This document shows, piece after piece, positions 1 through 8,821 of a DNA stretch of 32,168 nucleotides. The notes under the pieces were generated by a model. It saw only the letters and a list, made by a program, of their open reading frames with translations. It was not told the DNA's origin and made no database searches. The stretch covers positions 1 to 32,168 of the IMG/VR virus record IMGVR_UViG_3300032243_001666; one strand, 5' to 3'. Each line of letters begins with the position of its first letter. The first letter of the stretch is position 1. This DNA comes from a virus. Lineage: Duplodnaviria > Caudoviricetes. Both the position numbers and the translations under genes were made by a program.

Positions 1-766
1 GTAAATCAGAGTTTAGTTTCTCATGGCCATATCCATTAACTATCCATTCCACAATTTGACACTCGTATTTAACGGCATCCTTTGCCTCGTGTTCTATTTT
101 ATTTTGTAGTTCTTCATCGAATAATTCAGGGTGTTCGGCTTTGATAGTGTTGATAATCTTGATGCCGATCATACCGTGTAGATTTTCTTCTCTAGAAGTA
201 TATTCTACTTGTTTGTTAGTGTCTTTGAGAACATTCTTATATCTGCCAAACCAGCCGATAGTATAAAATTGGGAAAATAGGGCAATATTCTCAACAAAGA
301 GCGTGAATAAAATCAAAGAATAAATAAATTGTTTTTTATTGTCTGTATGAAATTTATGAAGATGTTTTCTAAGATAGTTAACTCTGCCCTGGATAATATC
401 TAATTTTAGAATTTCATCAAAGCTATCTTCTATACCTAATACTTCTAGTAGTCTTTCATAAGCATCACCATGAATAACCTCAACATTGGCCATAACATAC
501 CCCATATCATTAAGGGATGGGTGTGGAAGATTATCTCCTAGTTTAGCCCAAAACTTCTTCACAGAAATTTCCAGTTGGCCTATAGTAGATAAAGCCCTAA
601 TAATAATTTGTCGTTCCTGCTCTGTTAAATTGACTTTAAAGTCCTGTATGTCGCTTTGAAAGTTAAATTCTCTGTCTGTCCAAAAACCATTATGCATAGC
701 CTCTATGAAGTCTTGGGTCCAAGGGTAATGGTCAGGTTTTCTGGTAATTTGTTCTTGAAAAATCAT
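1..766 (-). CDS. nrdB: Ribonucleotide reductase class I beta subunit (partial, runs off the left edge)
   Basis: Not in the ORF track; translated by hand from ATG at 766: MIFQEQITRKPDHYPWTQDFIEAMHNGFWTDREFNFQSD...VEVIHGDAY...LFVENIALFSQF...SREENLHG. Contains the di-iron ExxH motifs and the radical Tyr position. Start overlaps the upstream stop (ATGA). Confidence 0.93.
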   Translation of the reverse strand, partial: MIFQEQITRKPDHYPWTQDFIEAMHNGFWTDREFNFQSDIQDFKVNLTEQERQIIIRALSTIGQLEISVKKFWAKLGDNLPHPSLNDMGYVMANVEVIHGDAYERLLEVLGIEDSFDEILKLDIIQGRVNYLRKHLHKFHTDNKKQFIYSLILFTLFVENIALFSQFYTIGWFGRYKNVLKDTNKQVEYTSREENLHGMIGIKIINTIKAEHPELFDEELQNKIEHEAKDAVKYECQIVEWIVNGYGHEKLNSDL

Positions 767-921
767 AATTTTTTATTGTTGTTAATGAGTGTTAAAAAGC
801 CTATAATTGTCATGATCATAAATTGGTTATTTATGTCTTTTTCAGTATGGCCGCTATACATCTGATATAATAGATAAAATACAGAAAAATAGAAACACAC
901 TAAGTTTAAGCTTAGTATCAT
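763..921 (-). CDS. Small membrane protein
   Basis: ORF track 763..948; ATG at 921 preferred because it forms an ATGA overlap with the dCMP deaminase stop. Two hydrophobic stretches; the stop overlaps the nrdB start. Confidence 0.6.
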   Translation of the reverse strand: MILSLNLVCFYFSVFYLLYQMYSGHTEKDINNQFMIMTIIGFLTLINNNKKL

Positions 922-1385
922 AATACACCACACAAATTCTGTAACCATTCTAGATTTGGTTTAACTTTATGAATTTCTATACCACTCATTGAGACAAATA
1001 AATCAAATCTTTTTTGGGCTTCTTCATCGAATAAATGAGTACCATGATCATCCACCATATAAACAGTTTTGACTCCTTCTTGCCACAAAGCTATGATGCA
1101 ATCATTGCAACATTGGCCTGTAACATATGCTATTCCATTATCTGGCCTAACCACACAATTTGACAGGGCGTTTTTTTCACTATGAACCATCCAGAAATAT
1201 TTATCTGGGCGGTTTAGTGGAAGCTGGTCATCATTTAGCCCTTTGGGAAATCCATTATACCCAACCCCCAAAATTCTATGATTCTGGTCTGTGATAACAC
1301 ATCCATGTTGAGTATGCTTGTCATGGCTGCGTTGAGATGCAACCTTAGCAAGTCCTAAAAAGTAGTTGGTCCAGTTTGGCCTCAT
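918..1385 (-). CDS. dCMP deaminase
   Basis: RSHD...GCVI, GYNGFPKG, HSEKNA (HxE) and CCNDC (PCxxC variant) zinc motifs. Confidence 0.92.
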   Translation of the reverse strand: MRPNWTNYFLGLAKVASQRSHDKHTQHGCVITDQNHRILGVGYNGFPKGLNDDQLPLNRPDKYFWMVHSEKNALSNCVVRPDNGIAYVTGQCCNDCIIALWQEGVKTVYMVDDHGTHLFDEEAQKRFDLFVSMSGIEIHKVKPNLEWLQNLCGVL

Positions 1386-1393
1386 GATCCCCT

Positions 1394-1422
1394 ATAATAC
1401 CAAGGAACGCGAGGATGTGCAA
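1394..1422 (-). promoter_or_regulatory. Sigma-70-like promoter, near-leaderless
   Basis: TTGCAC-17 bp-TATTAT with TGG immediately before the -10; only 8 nt between the -10 and the ATG at 1385. Confidence 0.55.
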
Positions 1423-1425
1423 GGA

Positions 1426-1674
1426 CTACTTTGCAGTTAGTTTATTATACAAAACAAGGGTCAACACCCCTCCTGCTATTCCCATAAAAATTCCAGCAGG
1501 ACTAATTGTTTCATATTTGCCTAAAAGATAAAGAACAGCGCCGCCCATATAAGACCCAGCCACCCCAAGGGCTACTGTTTTAACAAAATTGAAGTTTTCT
1601 TCACCGGGAACTAAGCTTTTAGCAATACTCCCCACTAATAAACCATAAACACACCATACTAATAAACTAGACAT
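1426..1674 (-). CDS. GlsB/YeaQ/YmgE (transglycosylase-associated) membrane protein
   Basis: 82 aa, three TM-like segments, pattern GLLVGSIAKSLVPG...LGVAGSYMGG...GIAGGVLTL typical of the family. Confidence 0.85.
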   Translation of the reverse strand: MSSLLVWCVYGLLVGSIAKSLVPGEENFNFVKTVALGVAGSYMGGAVLYLLGKYETISPAGIFMGIAGGVLTLVLYNKLTAK

Positions 1675-2068
1675 TGGCCGCCTCCACTAAGGTTATAACT
1701 TCATCATCCTTGAGGTTTTCTCCTACATTTAATAAAGCCGCTAATAATGGTATTGAATATTTTTCATATTCTTCTTTAGTTAATTCTCTTCTAATAATTT
1801 TTTTAATTCTCATTTTGGTAAACCAGCCACGATTTTTACTGAATAATCTAATATCATCTCCATAAAGAGAATATTTATCATGTTCACTCGATAGTTTACT
1901 TAATTTGGTTTTATTGCATTCTTGAAGCACTCTGATAACTGTTAGAATAATACTAATAATCATGAGTATCGCCATAACACTTCCAAATTTTTCATCATTA
2001 GATAATCCTGCTTCTTGGATTACTTTTTGAGCAATAGCTTCTAATTTATCTTTATCTATTTTACCCAT
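1667..2068 (-). CDS. Hypothetical protein with one TM segment
   Basis: 133 aa ORF; hydrophobic VMAILMIISIILTVI; overlaps its neighbours. Confidence 0.75.
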   Translation of the reverse strand: MGKIDKDKLEAIAQKVIQEAGLSNDEKFGSVMAILMIISIILTVIRVLQECNKTKLSKLSSEHDKYSLYGDDIRLFSKNRGWFTKMRIKKIIRRELTKEEYEKYSIPLLAALLNVGENLKDDEVITLVEAANV

Positions 2069-2385
2069 TAGTATTTCCTTATATTAGGGCAGCGACCAGT
2101 GGTGCAGTTTGGTGGATTTTTAGTTGTTGGGGCAGAAATTTGTGCTGGTGAAGTTTTATCTGGTTCACAATATCCGCACTCAACCTTAGAAATTTTATCT
2201 CCACTCATATACCAGCCCTTACCCTTACACACAGGACAGTCTTTTCTTTTATATTTTTTACCTTCAATATTCTGGGCTTTCAGAATACCACCAGCTAAAG
2301 CTACGGGGGCGGCAGTACTTCCGTAGTAGTGAGATGAAGATACTAATATTGTTGATATCATAAATAAAACGAATACTTTATTCAT
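2068..2385 (-). CDS. Signal-peptide protein with a DnaJ-like zinc-finger motif
   Basis: Hydrophobic N-terminus; CPVCKGKG...CGYC; C-terminal CTTGRCP. Confidence 0.7.
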   Translation of the reverse strand: MNKVFVLFMISTILVSSSHYYGSTAAPVALAGGILKAQNIEGKKYKRKDCPVCKGKGWYMSGDKISKVECGYCEPDKTSPAQISAPTTKNPPNCTTGRCPNIRKY

Positions 2386-2588
2386 TTATTTCTCCATGGT
2401 AGTGGAATAATATGATCAATAGTATCTACTACTTTTTTTAAAGGCTTAGGTCTGTGTGGTTTAACTGGAGAATCAGGATTAACAACTCTATCAGAATTGT
2501 TTTTAGAAAAAATCTTAGCAAGACTAATAATAAGATCTGCTATAATAGATATTAGACGATTAAGAGCTATTCTGTCAATTAGTTTCAT
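2382..2588 (-). CDS. Small hypothetical protein (amphipathic N-terminal helix, Pro-rich tail)
   Basis: 68 aa ORF overlapping the downstream gene; preceded by a GGTGTAT motif. Confidence 0.65.
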   Translation of the reverse strand: MKLIDRIALNRLISIIADLIISLAKIFSKNNSDRVVNPDSPVKPHRPKPLKKVVDTIDHIIPLPWRNK

Positions 2589-2619
2589 TGAAAAACCCTT
2601 AGAGAAATTTTACCAAAAT

Positions 2620-2629
2620 ATAATACACC
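2620..2629 (-). promoter_or_regulatory. GGTGTATTAT motif, putative phage-specific promoter
   Basis: Intergenic copy of a motif that recurs upstream of several genes. Confidence 0.5.
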
Positions 2630-2645
2630 AAATTAAAATTGACTA

Positions 2646-3572
2646 TTATAGATAACTATTAAATCCATAGTCTGGGAGTTTTTGCACCGGGAATCCGTTA
2701 AAATTGGAAAATGTATAAGCCCCATTCATTTTAATCATTCCCTCTGCGACATCAGAGTGAATTAAAAAAGAACCGTCTGGAATTGGACCCCAAGCTGGAT
2801 GTCCACCATCATTCCATTTACCCCAGCTATTTTGTACTAAAAAGCTTAAATCTCCATTAGTATCATCACATGCTGTCCAAGCCATACAATGACCCCAATT
2901 ACCTTGGGTTTTTGCATACCCCTTGCTATCTCTTTTATTACTAAAACCATAATTAGAACAGACCGCTAAAGCATATCCATTAGCAATAGCGTCTCTTGCT
3001 TCTTCTATAGTTCTTACTAAGGATGTGGTTTTGATTTGATGATCATTAGCTAGATCTAAAACTTTATCTGGTAGTCCACGGCCTCCCCAACCAGCACCAA
3101 GATTACCGTTATACTTACTAAAGTCAGCAATGCCGGGATAATTTTTTCTAACAATAATACCTCCAATTTGACTAACAAATTCTGCTGCTCTAGAGCAACT
3201 CATTCCTTCTCCAGAAAACCCTCTAGCACCATATATGGCTTCTGTTGCTCCACGGGCTATCCAAGCTTCTCTTTCTCCATTTATATCTATTTCTACAGCC
3301 CTAACAATATCACAAGCATTACGTGTTCCATGACTTACACAATCTCCGACAGTTTGTCTTTCTTCATATGCTTTTTTATCAAATTTTAAAACACTACGAT
3401 ATGGTGTTGATAGTTTGCCCTTGCCGCTACTTTTAATTTTTTGACTAGCATCACCAAATAGTGGATATTTTAAAGTTTCCATCAAATGATCAAAATGGTG
3501 CTGTTCAAATATACATCCACTGAAACCATTTTTATATTTTAAATACCACTGTTCTGGTGTGAGTCTTGGCAT
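2646..3572 (-). CDS. Papain-like cysteine peptidase (C1 family)
   Basis: QTVGDCVSHG (Gln/Cys), GHCMA (His) and QNSWG (Asn) catalytic motifs. Confidence 0.88.
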   Translation of the reverse strand: MPRLTPEQWYLKYKNGFSGCIFEQHHFDHLMETLKYPLFGDASQKIKSSGKGKLSTPYRSVLKFDKKAYEERQTVGDCVSHGTRNACDIVRAVEIDINGEREAWIARGATEAIYGARGFSGEGMSCSRAAEFVSQIGGIIVRKNYPGIADFSKYNGNLGAGWGGRGLPDKVLDLANDHQIKTTSLVRTIEEARDAIANGYALAVCSNYGFSNKRDSKGYAKTQGNWGHCMAWTACDDTNGDLSFLVQNSWGKWNDGGHPAWGPIPDGSFLIHSDVAEGMIKMNGAYTFSNFNGFPVQKLPDYGFNSYL

Positions 3573-4090
3573 TATTTACTACCTTTATTAAAAGCCCATG
3601 CTAAAGCATCAAAACCTTGAATAGCCTTTGTTCTAAGATCTGGATTAAGAAGAACATCATCGTCTCCAATAGCTGCTACTATCACATCCTCTGCTGCTTT
3701 GGCTAGCGTTGGATATTTTCCCTTTATATCCAATCGTAACATAGGACCAGCAAGCATATTAGCTTGACGAATTGCTTCTGTGGTTTTTACAACTTCGTTC
3801 TCTCCGTCTAATTCAACTAATCGACCCAAATCAAGATAAAGATCTCTAAGTTTTCTAATATCACTTTTATAACTATTATCAGATTTTAGAATTTTCACAA
3901 CTTTATCTGCTTTTTCTTTAATATTAACATCAGTTGGTTCTATTAGTTCTAACACATCAACTGATACTGGTTTGTTTGGTAACAAAGATCCAAATTCTGG
4001 TTTAATGATACCAATTAGTATTAATAAGCCAGCTACTGTTAATAATATTTTTTTAGTAAAAGTCATGATAGCTTTTCCTCTTTGTTGCAA
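3572..4090 (-). CDS. Membrane-anchored hypothetical protein
   Basis: N-terminal TM (ILLTVAGLLILIGII) followed by a helical soluble domain; the true start may be MTFTKK at 4066. Confidence 0.75.
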   Translation of the reverse strand: MQQRGKAIMTFTKKILLTVAGLLILIGIIKPEFGSLLPNKPVSVDVLELIEPTDVNIKEKADKVVKILKSDNSYKSDIRKLRDLYLDLGRLVELDGENEVVKTTEAIRQANMLAGPMLRLDIKGKYPTLAKAAEDVIVAAIGDDDVLLNPDLRTKAIQGFDALAWAFNKGSK

Positions 4091-4461
4091 ACATTAGGAC
4101 TTAAAAATGGAAACATTTGATCAGCAACCTTCACCGCTTCTGTACAACCACTCTTTTCAGCCAAGTCTCGTGTTTGTTTCCAAGAGACTACTAACTTAAA
4201 AAAGGTATCATCTTTAGATACTGATGTTTCTTTGGGTAATACAACTGGATCTACTTTTGGTACAGTTACTACTGGTAGAGATACATTATTTGTTGAAGTT
4301 AAGCCTTTAACTTTTTCAATTAAACCACCTAATAGCTTTTGTACAGGACTAAGTTTGTCTTTGAATAGAACAAAGATAATTAGTGCCACACCAGCATAAA
4401 GAGCCAAATCCATGGTTGTTAAACGACTACTAAATTCTTGAAAACTTTCGGTAAAATTCAT
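4063..4461 (-). CDS. Membrane protein
   Basis: 132 aa with one TM (LALYAGVALIIFVLF); AAAGGA upstream. Confidence 0.75.
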   Translation of the reverse strand: MNFTESFQEFSSRLTTMDLALYAGVALIIFVLFKDKLSPVQKLLGGLIEKVKGLTSTNNVSLPVVTVPKVDPVVLPKETSVSKDDTFFKLVVSWKQTRDLAEKSGCTEAVKVADQMFPFLSPNVCNKEEKLS

Positions 4462-4473
4462 TTTATTTTTCCT

Positions 4474-4884
4474 TTATTTATCTGAAACTTTGAGGGTATT
4501 ATCTACTAATGGATCAATAGTGTTCGGGCTATTAAAAATCCCAGTATTTCTAAAAGTGGTAACCAAAGCATCAATAGTTGCACCAACCAACATCATTAGA
4601 ATAGCTTTGATATACTTACTTATAATAGGCTGAAGGAATGAGGGAACAAATGGAATACTGATGATAATAAAAACTTTATCATAAAAATCAGAAATCAGCC
4701 CCATTGCTAAAACCTTTTTGTCTGCCCCTTTTAATTCTGGATGAATAATTTCTATATTTTGAACAATATCAGCTATTGCTAGTTGTAATAATTTCCAGGC
4801 TTCTGGTAAAGCTATAACTTTTAAGCTTTGAATAGATTTTTTAGCTTGTTCTATTAGTGGGTTTAGATCTATTGCGTTTGGCAT
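4474..4884 (-). CDS. Hypothetical, possibly membrane-associated protein
   Basis: 136 aa ORF with hydrophobic central and C-terminal helices. Confidence 0.7.
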   Translation of the reverse strand: MPNAIDLNPLIEQAKKSIQSLKVIALPEAWKLLQLAIADIVQNIEIIHPELKGADKKVLAMGLISDFYDKVFIIISIPFVPSFLQPIISKYIKAILMMLVGATIDALVTTFRNTGIFNSPNTIDPLVDNTLKVSDK

Positions 4885-5164
4885 TTTTTGTACCCCTATT
4901 TTTGCGATTAGCTTCTTTTCTTTCTTCTGGAGTGGCTGTTGTCCACCACATTTTCTTTAAATCGTCTCTGCCTTTGATATATTTATATAAGACTAATAAT
5001 TGACCACCAATCAGTATGCAGCTTTCGACACCATGACTAACATTACTAATTAATTCATCTTTTTGTGTTACATCTCCTATAATACCAATAAGATATAATC
5101 CACTAAAAATAAAACTAACCATAGTAAACCAAAATTCGCTAGTTTTATAACCCGGTTTAATCAT
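4841..5164 (-). CDS. Putative holin
   Basis: N-terminal KPGYKTSEFW motif recalled from phage holin-like proteins; two TM segments and a strongly basic C-terminal tail. Confidence 0.55.
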   Translation of the reverse strand: MIKPGYKTSEFWFTMVSFIFSGLYLIGIIGDVTQKDELISNVSHGVESCILIGGQLLVLYKYIKGRDDLKKMWWTTATPEERKEANRKNRGTKNAKRNRSKPTNRTS

Positions 5165-5190
5165 ATAATAAACCCTTCATGTATTAATAA

Positions 5191-5200
5191 ATAATACACC
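5191..5200 (-). promoter_or_regulatory. GGTGTATTAT motif, putative phage-specific promoter
   Basis: Intergenic, about 30 nt upstream of the holin-like start. Confidence 0.5.
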
Positions 5201-5218
5201 GTTTATAGAATCAAAAAC

Positions 5219-5539
5219 TTAGGGTCTTTCTATTCTATTTTCTAGTGCTTCTAATGTTTTGCTTAACATGGCAATTTGAATCTTAAGCTCATTCATTACT
5301 TCTGTATTTCTTTGTAATGCATTGGCAAAAGCTGCTTGAGTTTCTTTATTAATATTTAATCTTTCCATAATAAATTGACGATCATGAATATACGGAGATT
5401 GTGTCTCAATCATACTCAACACCTCCGCTTTTGTGGTCATGTTTTTTCCGATAGTAACCCAAAACCCCAACATGGTTACAATAATACCAATACTAGTTGT
5501 GGCTAAATTTTCCCAGAAATGAATAATAGTTTCTGACAT
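5219..5539 (-). CDS. TM plus coiled-coil protein
   Basis: One N-terminal TM and a heptad-like C-terminus (LQRNTEVMNELKIQIAMLSKTLEALENR). Confidence 0.75.
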   Translation of the reverse strand: MSETIIHFWENLATTSIGIIVTMLGFWVTIGKNMTTKAEVLSMIETQSPYIHDRQFIMERLNINKETQAAFANALQRNTEVMNELKIQIAMLSKTLEALENRIERP

Positions 5540-5553
5540 ATTTTATAACTTTC

Positions 5554-5600
5554 AAAGAAAAAAGCCATCCTACTTTTTTGTACGATGGCTTGTTCTCTTT
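5554..5600 (-). terminator. Rho-independent terminator
   Basis: Minus strand AAGCCATCGTAC-AAAAAA-GTAGGATGGCTT hairpin followed by TTTTCTTT, just downstream of gene 5622..6227. Confidence 0.8.
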
Positions 5601-5621
5601 AACCTCTATTTTAAGTTAATT

Positions 5622-6227
5622 TCAGTTAGTTTTGGCAGGATAACTCTGGGTTGTTGGGACAGGATTACCACTCTTAAATACTAAGCCCTTATAACCAGGA
5701 GCGGCTCTGCTAACAACAGCAGCATTATCAGTTGCTAGAGTATCTGTTGCTACTACTGGGTAGCCGTTCTCAAATGTTCCAGTAACTCTATTATACTTAT
5801 TAGCTCTAACTGCTGTGGTGAATCTGCGAGTTCTAAGAGTAACAAGACTATTGATGCCTCTGATAGTATCACCACTATTGCCTGTACTACCAACAACAGT
5901 GTTGGCTGAACCATTGAGAGTACTACTAACTAGCTTACCAACTGGTCTTTGGTCATTATATGCAAATGTACCACTTGTTAAACCTTTACCAGCATAATCT
6001 TTACTTGTTACTGAGTTTTCAATAACTGTGGAAGCGAAAGTTGTTACAACTGGACGAGCAGTAGCAACACTAGAAACAACTCCGGAACTAACTGTGCCGT
6101 TAGCCTTGATTGTACCATTATTGTTCTTTGCTGTGGTGTATGTGCCGTATGGTCCACTTGTAATATCGGAACCGTCTGTGGCTTTAGCTGCATATGGTGC
6201 TTTGCCTGAATAGCTAGATGTTGCCAT
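5622..6227 (-). CDS. Probable virion structural protein
   Basis: 201 aa, rich in T/S/G/A, no Cys or Trp; GGAG RBS, its own GGTGTAT motif upstream and a terminator downstream. Confidence 0.55.
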   Translation of the reverse strand: MATSSYSGKAPYAAKATDGSDITSGPYGTYTTAKNNNGTIKANGTVSSGVVSSVATARPVVTTFASTVIENSVTSKDYAGKGLTSGTFAYNDQRPVGKLVSSTLNGSANTVVGSTGNSGDTIRGINSLVTLRTRRFTTAVRANKYNRVTGTFENGYPVVATDTLATDNAAVVSRAAPGYKGLVFKSGNPVPTTQSYPAKTN

Positions 6228-6269
6228 ATTATTTTAAACTCCATAAAAATTTGTAATTTGATAACAATT

Positions 6270-6280
6270 AACTATACACC
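6270..6280 (-). promoter_or_regulatory. GGTGTATAGTT motif, putative phage-specific promoter
   Basis: Overlaps the DeoC-like stop codon, about 45 nt upstream of the start at 6227. Confidence 0.45.
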
Positions 6281-6940
6281 GTTTTTATTTTTAGCATTAA
6301 AATTTATGAAGTTTTGCAGACTATGCTGGGATGTGGTTCTAAAACCAAATAAGCCAGATTTATTAATAGTATCAAAGTGTTTTTCTGTCCACATATTGCC
6401 ACTACAAATAACATTAAGCTCTTTAGAGTTTTTATACAGAAATAGTGAGGCTAAGATATTATCGGCTAAATTATCTAAAAAATACCCTGTGGATGGGTAA
6501 ACATTAGAAATATTGTGGGTTTCAAAAATCTCACACAATTTTTTTAAGCATTGATGATCAAAGAACCTGTATTCTAAAATATATTTAAGTTTAATATTTA
6601 GTGGAGTACAAATAGAATTAGCATTTTTAATATCTTCTCTAATTTTATCATACTTTCTATTAGCTGCTAAATTTTGCGGCATAACAATATCAATCCCCGT
6701 AGCACCAGCTTTAATAGCTTGTTCTATAGCGCATTTTCGAGTTTTATTGTCTGAGATACCTAGAGGATAATCAATCAGACAAGATAGGGTGATACTGTCG
6801 TTGATAAGACTTTTGAGAGGTTTGATGAGATAATATGGTACGGTTATGCTATTAATATTATATGGAAGAATTTCTAGTACTATTTTTTTAGCTGTTGCCT
6901 CATCTGTTTCTGTGTCTATAATAGCAAAATCAATATACAT
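6272..6940 (-). CDS. deoC: DeoC (deoxyribose-phosphate aldolase)-like TIM barrel, probably catalytically divergent
   Basis: IDYPLG, AIKAGATGIDIV and LKYILE motifs match DeoC, but KTSTG is replaced by YPSTG and VKASGG by VICSGN. Confidence 0.8.
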   Translation of the reverse strand: MYIDFAIIDTETDEATAKKIVLEILPYNINSITVPYYLIKPLKSLINDSITLSCLIDYPLGISDNKTRKCAIEQAIKAGATGIDIVMPQNLAANRKYDKIREDIKNANSICTPLNIKLKYILEYRFFDHQCLKKLCEIFETHNISNVYPSTGYFLDNLADNILASLFLYKNSKELNVICSGNMWTEKHFDTINKSGLFGFRTTSQHSLQNFINFNAKNKNGV

Positions 6941-6947
6941 GATGTAT

Positions 6948-7616
6948 TTATTTAGTTTTTTTCATTAAGTTTTTAACATAATCAAAATTTGGATATTTTT
7001 TAGTACCTAGAATACCATCAGCAAAACCATAATCAACAGCTTCCTCTGCTGTTAATATCCAATCACATTTATTGGCTATTTGAGAAATGATATGTTTTTT
7101 AGCCATCATTTTTTTCCAATTTTTTTCTTTACATATACTACTATTCATACACCGATCAGTAAATACATCAATCATCTTATCGCACTCTCTTTCATTCCAT
7201 AAAATACCAGCAGCCGCTGCCTTACTATGTTCACCATCCAAACTAAAAGAACCATAATGAATCATCATGTTGGTATTTGGCATTAATATTCTTAGATTAG
7301 CAGCCTGAAATAGAAAGCTACTAGAAGATTCTGCTTTAGCATAAGCCACAATAATTATTTTGGCTTTGGATGCTTGTATAGCATCATACATACCCAAGCA
7401 ATCTTGCCAATCTCCGCCAGGAAGATGCATATGTACTAGGATAGGATCTAATGATAGTACATTTAAATATCTAAGATTTTTTTCAAAAACAACAGCGGAT
7501 TTATAGTCCACACCGGCTTCTTCTTCTCCATCAACCAAATAAGAATGTAAATAGATTTCTCTATTTTCTACGTCTAAATTATAGTTATGAATATCGTTTA
7601 GAGAGTTCTGATTCAT
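6948..7616 (-). CDS. clpP: ClpP-family protease
   Basis: REIYL, LPGG, AES (Ser), MMIH (His) and DWILTAEEAVDYGFAD (Asp); the triad appears intact. Confidence 0.9.
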   Translation of the reverse strand: MNQNSLNDIHNYNLDVENREIYLHSYLVDGEEEAGVDYKSAVVFEKNLRYLNVLSLDPILVHMHLPGGDWQDCLGMYDAIQASKAKIIIVAYAKAESSSSFLFQAANLRILMPNTNMMIHYGSFSLDGEHSKAAAAGILWNERECDKMIDVFTDRCMNSSICKEKNWKKMMAKKHIISQIANKCDWILTAEEAVDYGFADGILGTKKYPNFDYVKNLMKKTK

Positions 7617-8058
7617 GTTGGTTTTCTAATGCTTCATATACTTTGTCGTTAATTAATTTCATAGTTTCAGAATCATTAAAACATTTACCAACAGCTATTC
7701 TAAATCTATATCTAGTAAAAATATCTAAAATTTCAACACCATCAATATTTTCTATTGTATTTTTTATAAATTCAGAAATATTGAAATTACTATGACCAAT
7801 CCAAAAATTAAAAATTTTACTTGATGCAGTATGTTCGTTGTATGGTATAAGGCCGAGCGGCGAGGCGATGACTTTAATTGACTTCGAGATATTCTTAATA
7901 AGAGGGCGTTCTCTTGTTTCCTCGTCTGGCTCTTGAGAATCCATTAAAACACCCATCTCTGTATCATTATTATAGTCTGTCCATAAGGTTTCGTCTATAT
8001 CGTTACCGAATGGATCTATCCATTTTTCCCAAACAATTAGCGGCTTATGACTAGTCAT
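7585..8058 (-). CDS. Hypothetical protein
   Basis: 157 aa ORF in the operon; WEKWIDPF and IDGVEILDIFTRYRFRIAVGK suggest a folded alpha/beta domain. Confidence 0.75.
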   Translation of the reverse strand: MTSHKPLIVWEKWIDPFGNDIDETLWTDYNNDTEMGVLMDSQEPDEETRERPLIKNISKSIKVIASPLGLIPYNEHTASSKIFNFWIGHSNFNISEFIKNTIENIDGVEILDIFTRYRFRIAVGKCFNDSETMKLINDKVYEALENQHESELSKRYS

Positions 8059-8423
8059 TTATGAACCCCAGTTATTGCACAAAAACTTGAAGGAGAAATA
8101 ATAGGCTTGGTATTAATAGTAATAGGTTTATTATCTAGATTTTGAGACCACGAATGAATAGTATAATCTATAAAAGACTCATAATTAGGATGTTCTTTAG
8201 ATAAATCCACTAAAGAATCTAGAACAGATTTAGTATAATAACCATGATTTATTAAATATAATAAAAGACCAAAATTATTTGAAGATTCTAATGAGACATC
8301 ATTGATAATTAGTTTTATTTTAACTCGACTACTTTCATCTACAACAAAGCTAATAGAATTTTCTTTCTTAATAAGATGATTATTAAATTTGAATAGTTTT
8401 TGTATCAATTTATAAAAATACAT
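8055..8423 (-). CDS. Hypothetical protein
   Basis: 122 aa ORF with overlaps at both ends. Confidence 0.7.
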   Translation of the reverse strand: MYFYKLIQKLFKFNNHLIKKENSISFVVDESSRVKIKLIINDVSLESSNNFGLLLYLINHGYYTKSVLDSLVDLSKEHPNYESFIDYTIHSWSQNLDNKPITINTKPIISPSSFCAITGVHK

Positions 8424-8821
8424 TATTTTAGTTTTTGTATAACCTCTAATAATAGATTACCATATTTCATAGGTTCTTTATATTCAAAATTTAACCAATA
8501 ACAATTATTAATACTATGTGTATGATTAACTATAAAGCCATAGATAGTATTTAGTGTGTTTATATCTATTTCACTATTAACGATATCTATAGAATTTAAA
8601 GTAATTAATTGTGGTATTAATTCTAAATCATTTACAAAAATATAGTTTTTTAGAAATTTAATAAGATAATTATCTAAATCTGTTATATTATCCATGGTTA
8701 ATACAAAAGAAGGAAATGAAATATCTTCTTTTTGAGTAGACAGAATATATGTTTTATTATTTGGAATATCTGTACCAAAAACAACACAATGAATATTAAT
8801 ATCAAACTTTGAATTATCCAT
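8423..8821 (-). CDS. Degenerate Nudix-fold protein (NrtR N-terminal-like)
   Basis: IHCVVFGTD..TYILS..ISFPSFVL..DLDNYLIKFL..IPQLITL parallels NrtR-type VDCVIFGFD..KVLL..WALPGGFV..LDEAA.R.L..LEQLYTF; the Nudix box is absent. Confidence 0.5.
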   Translation of the reverse strand: MDNSKFDINIHCVVFGTDIPNNKTYILSTQKEDISFPSFVLTMDNITDLDNYLIKFLKNYIFVNDLELIPQLITLNSIDIVNSEIDINTLNTIYGFIVNHTHSINNCYWLNFEYKEPMKYGNLLLEVIQKLK

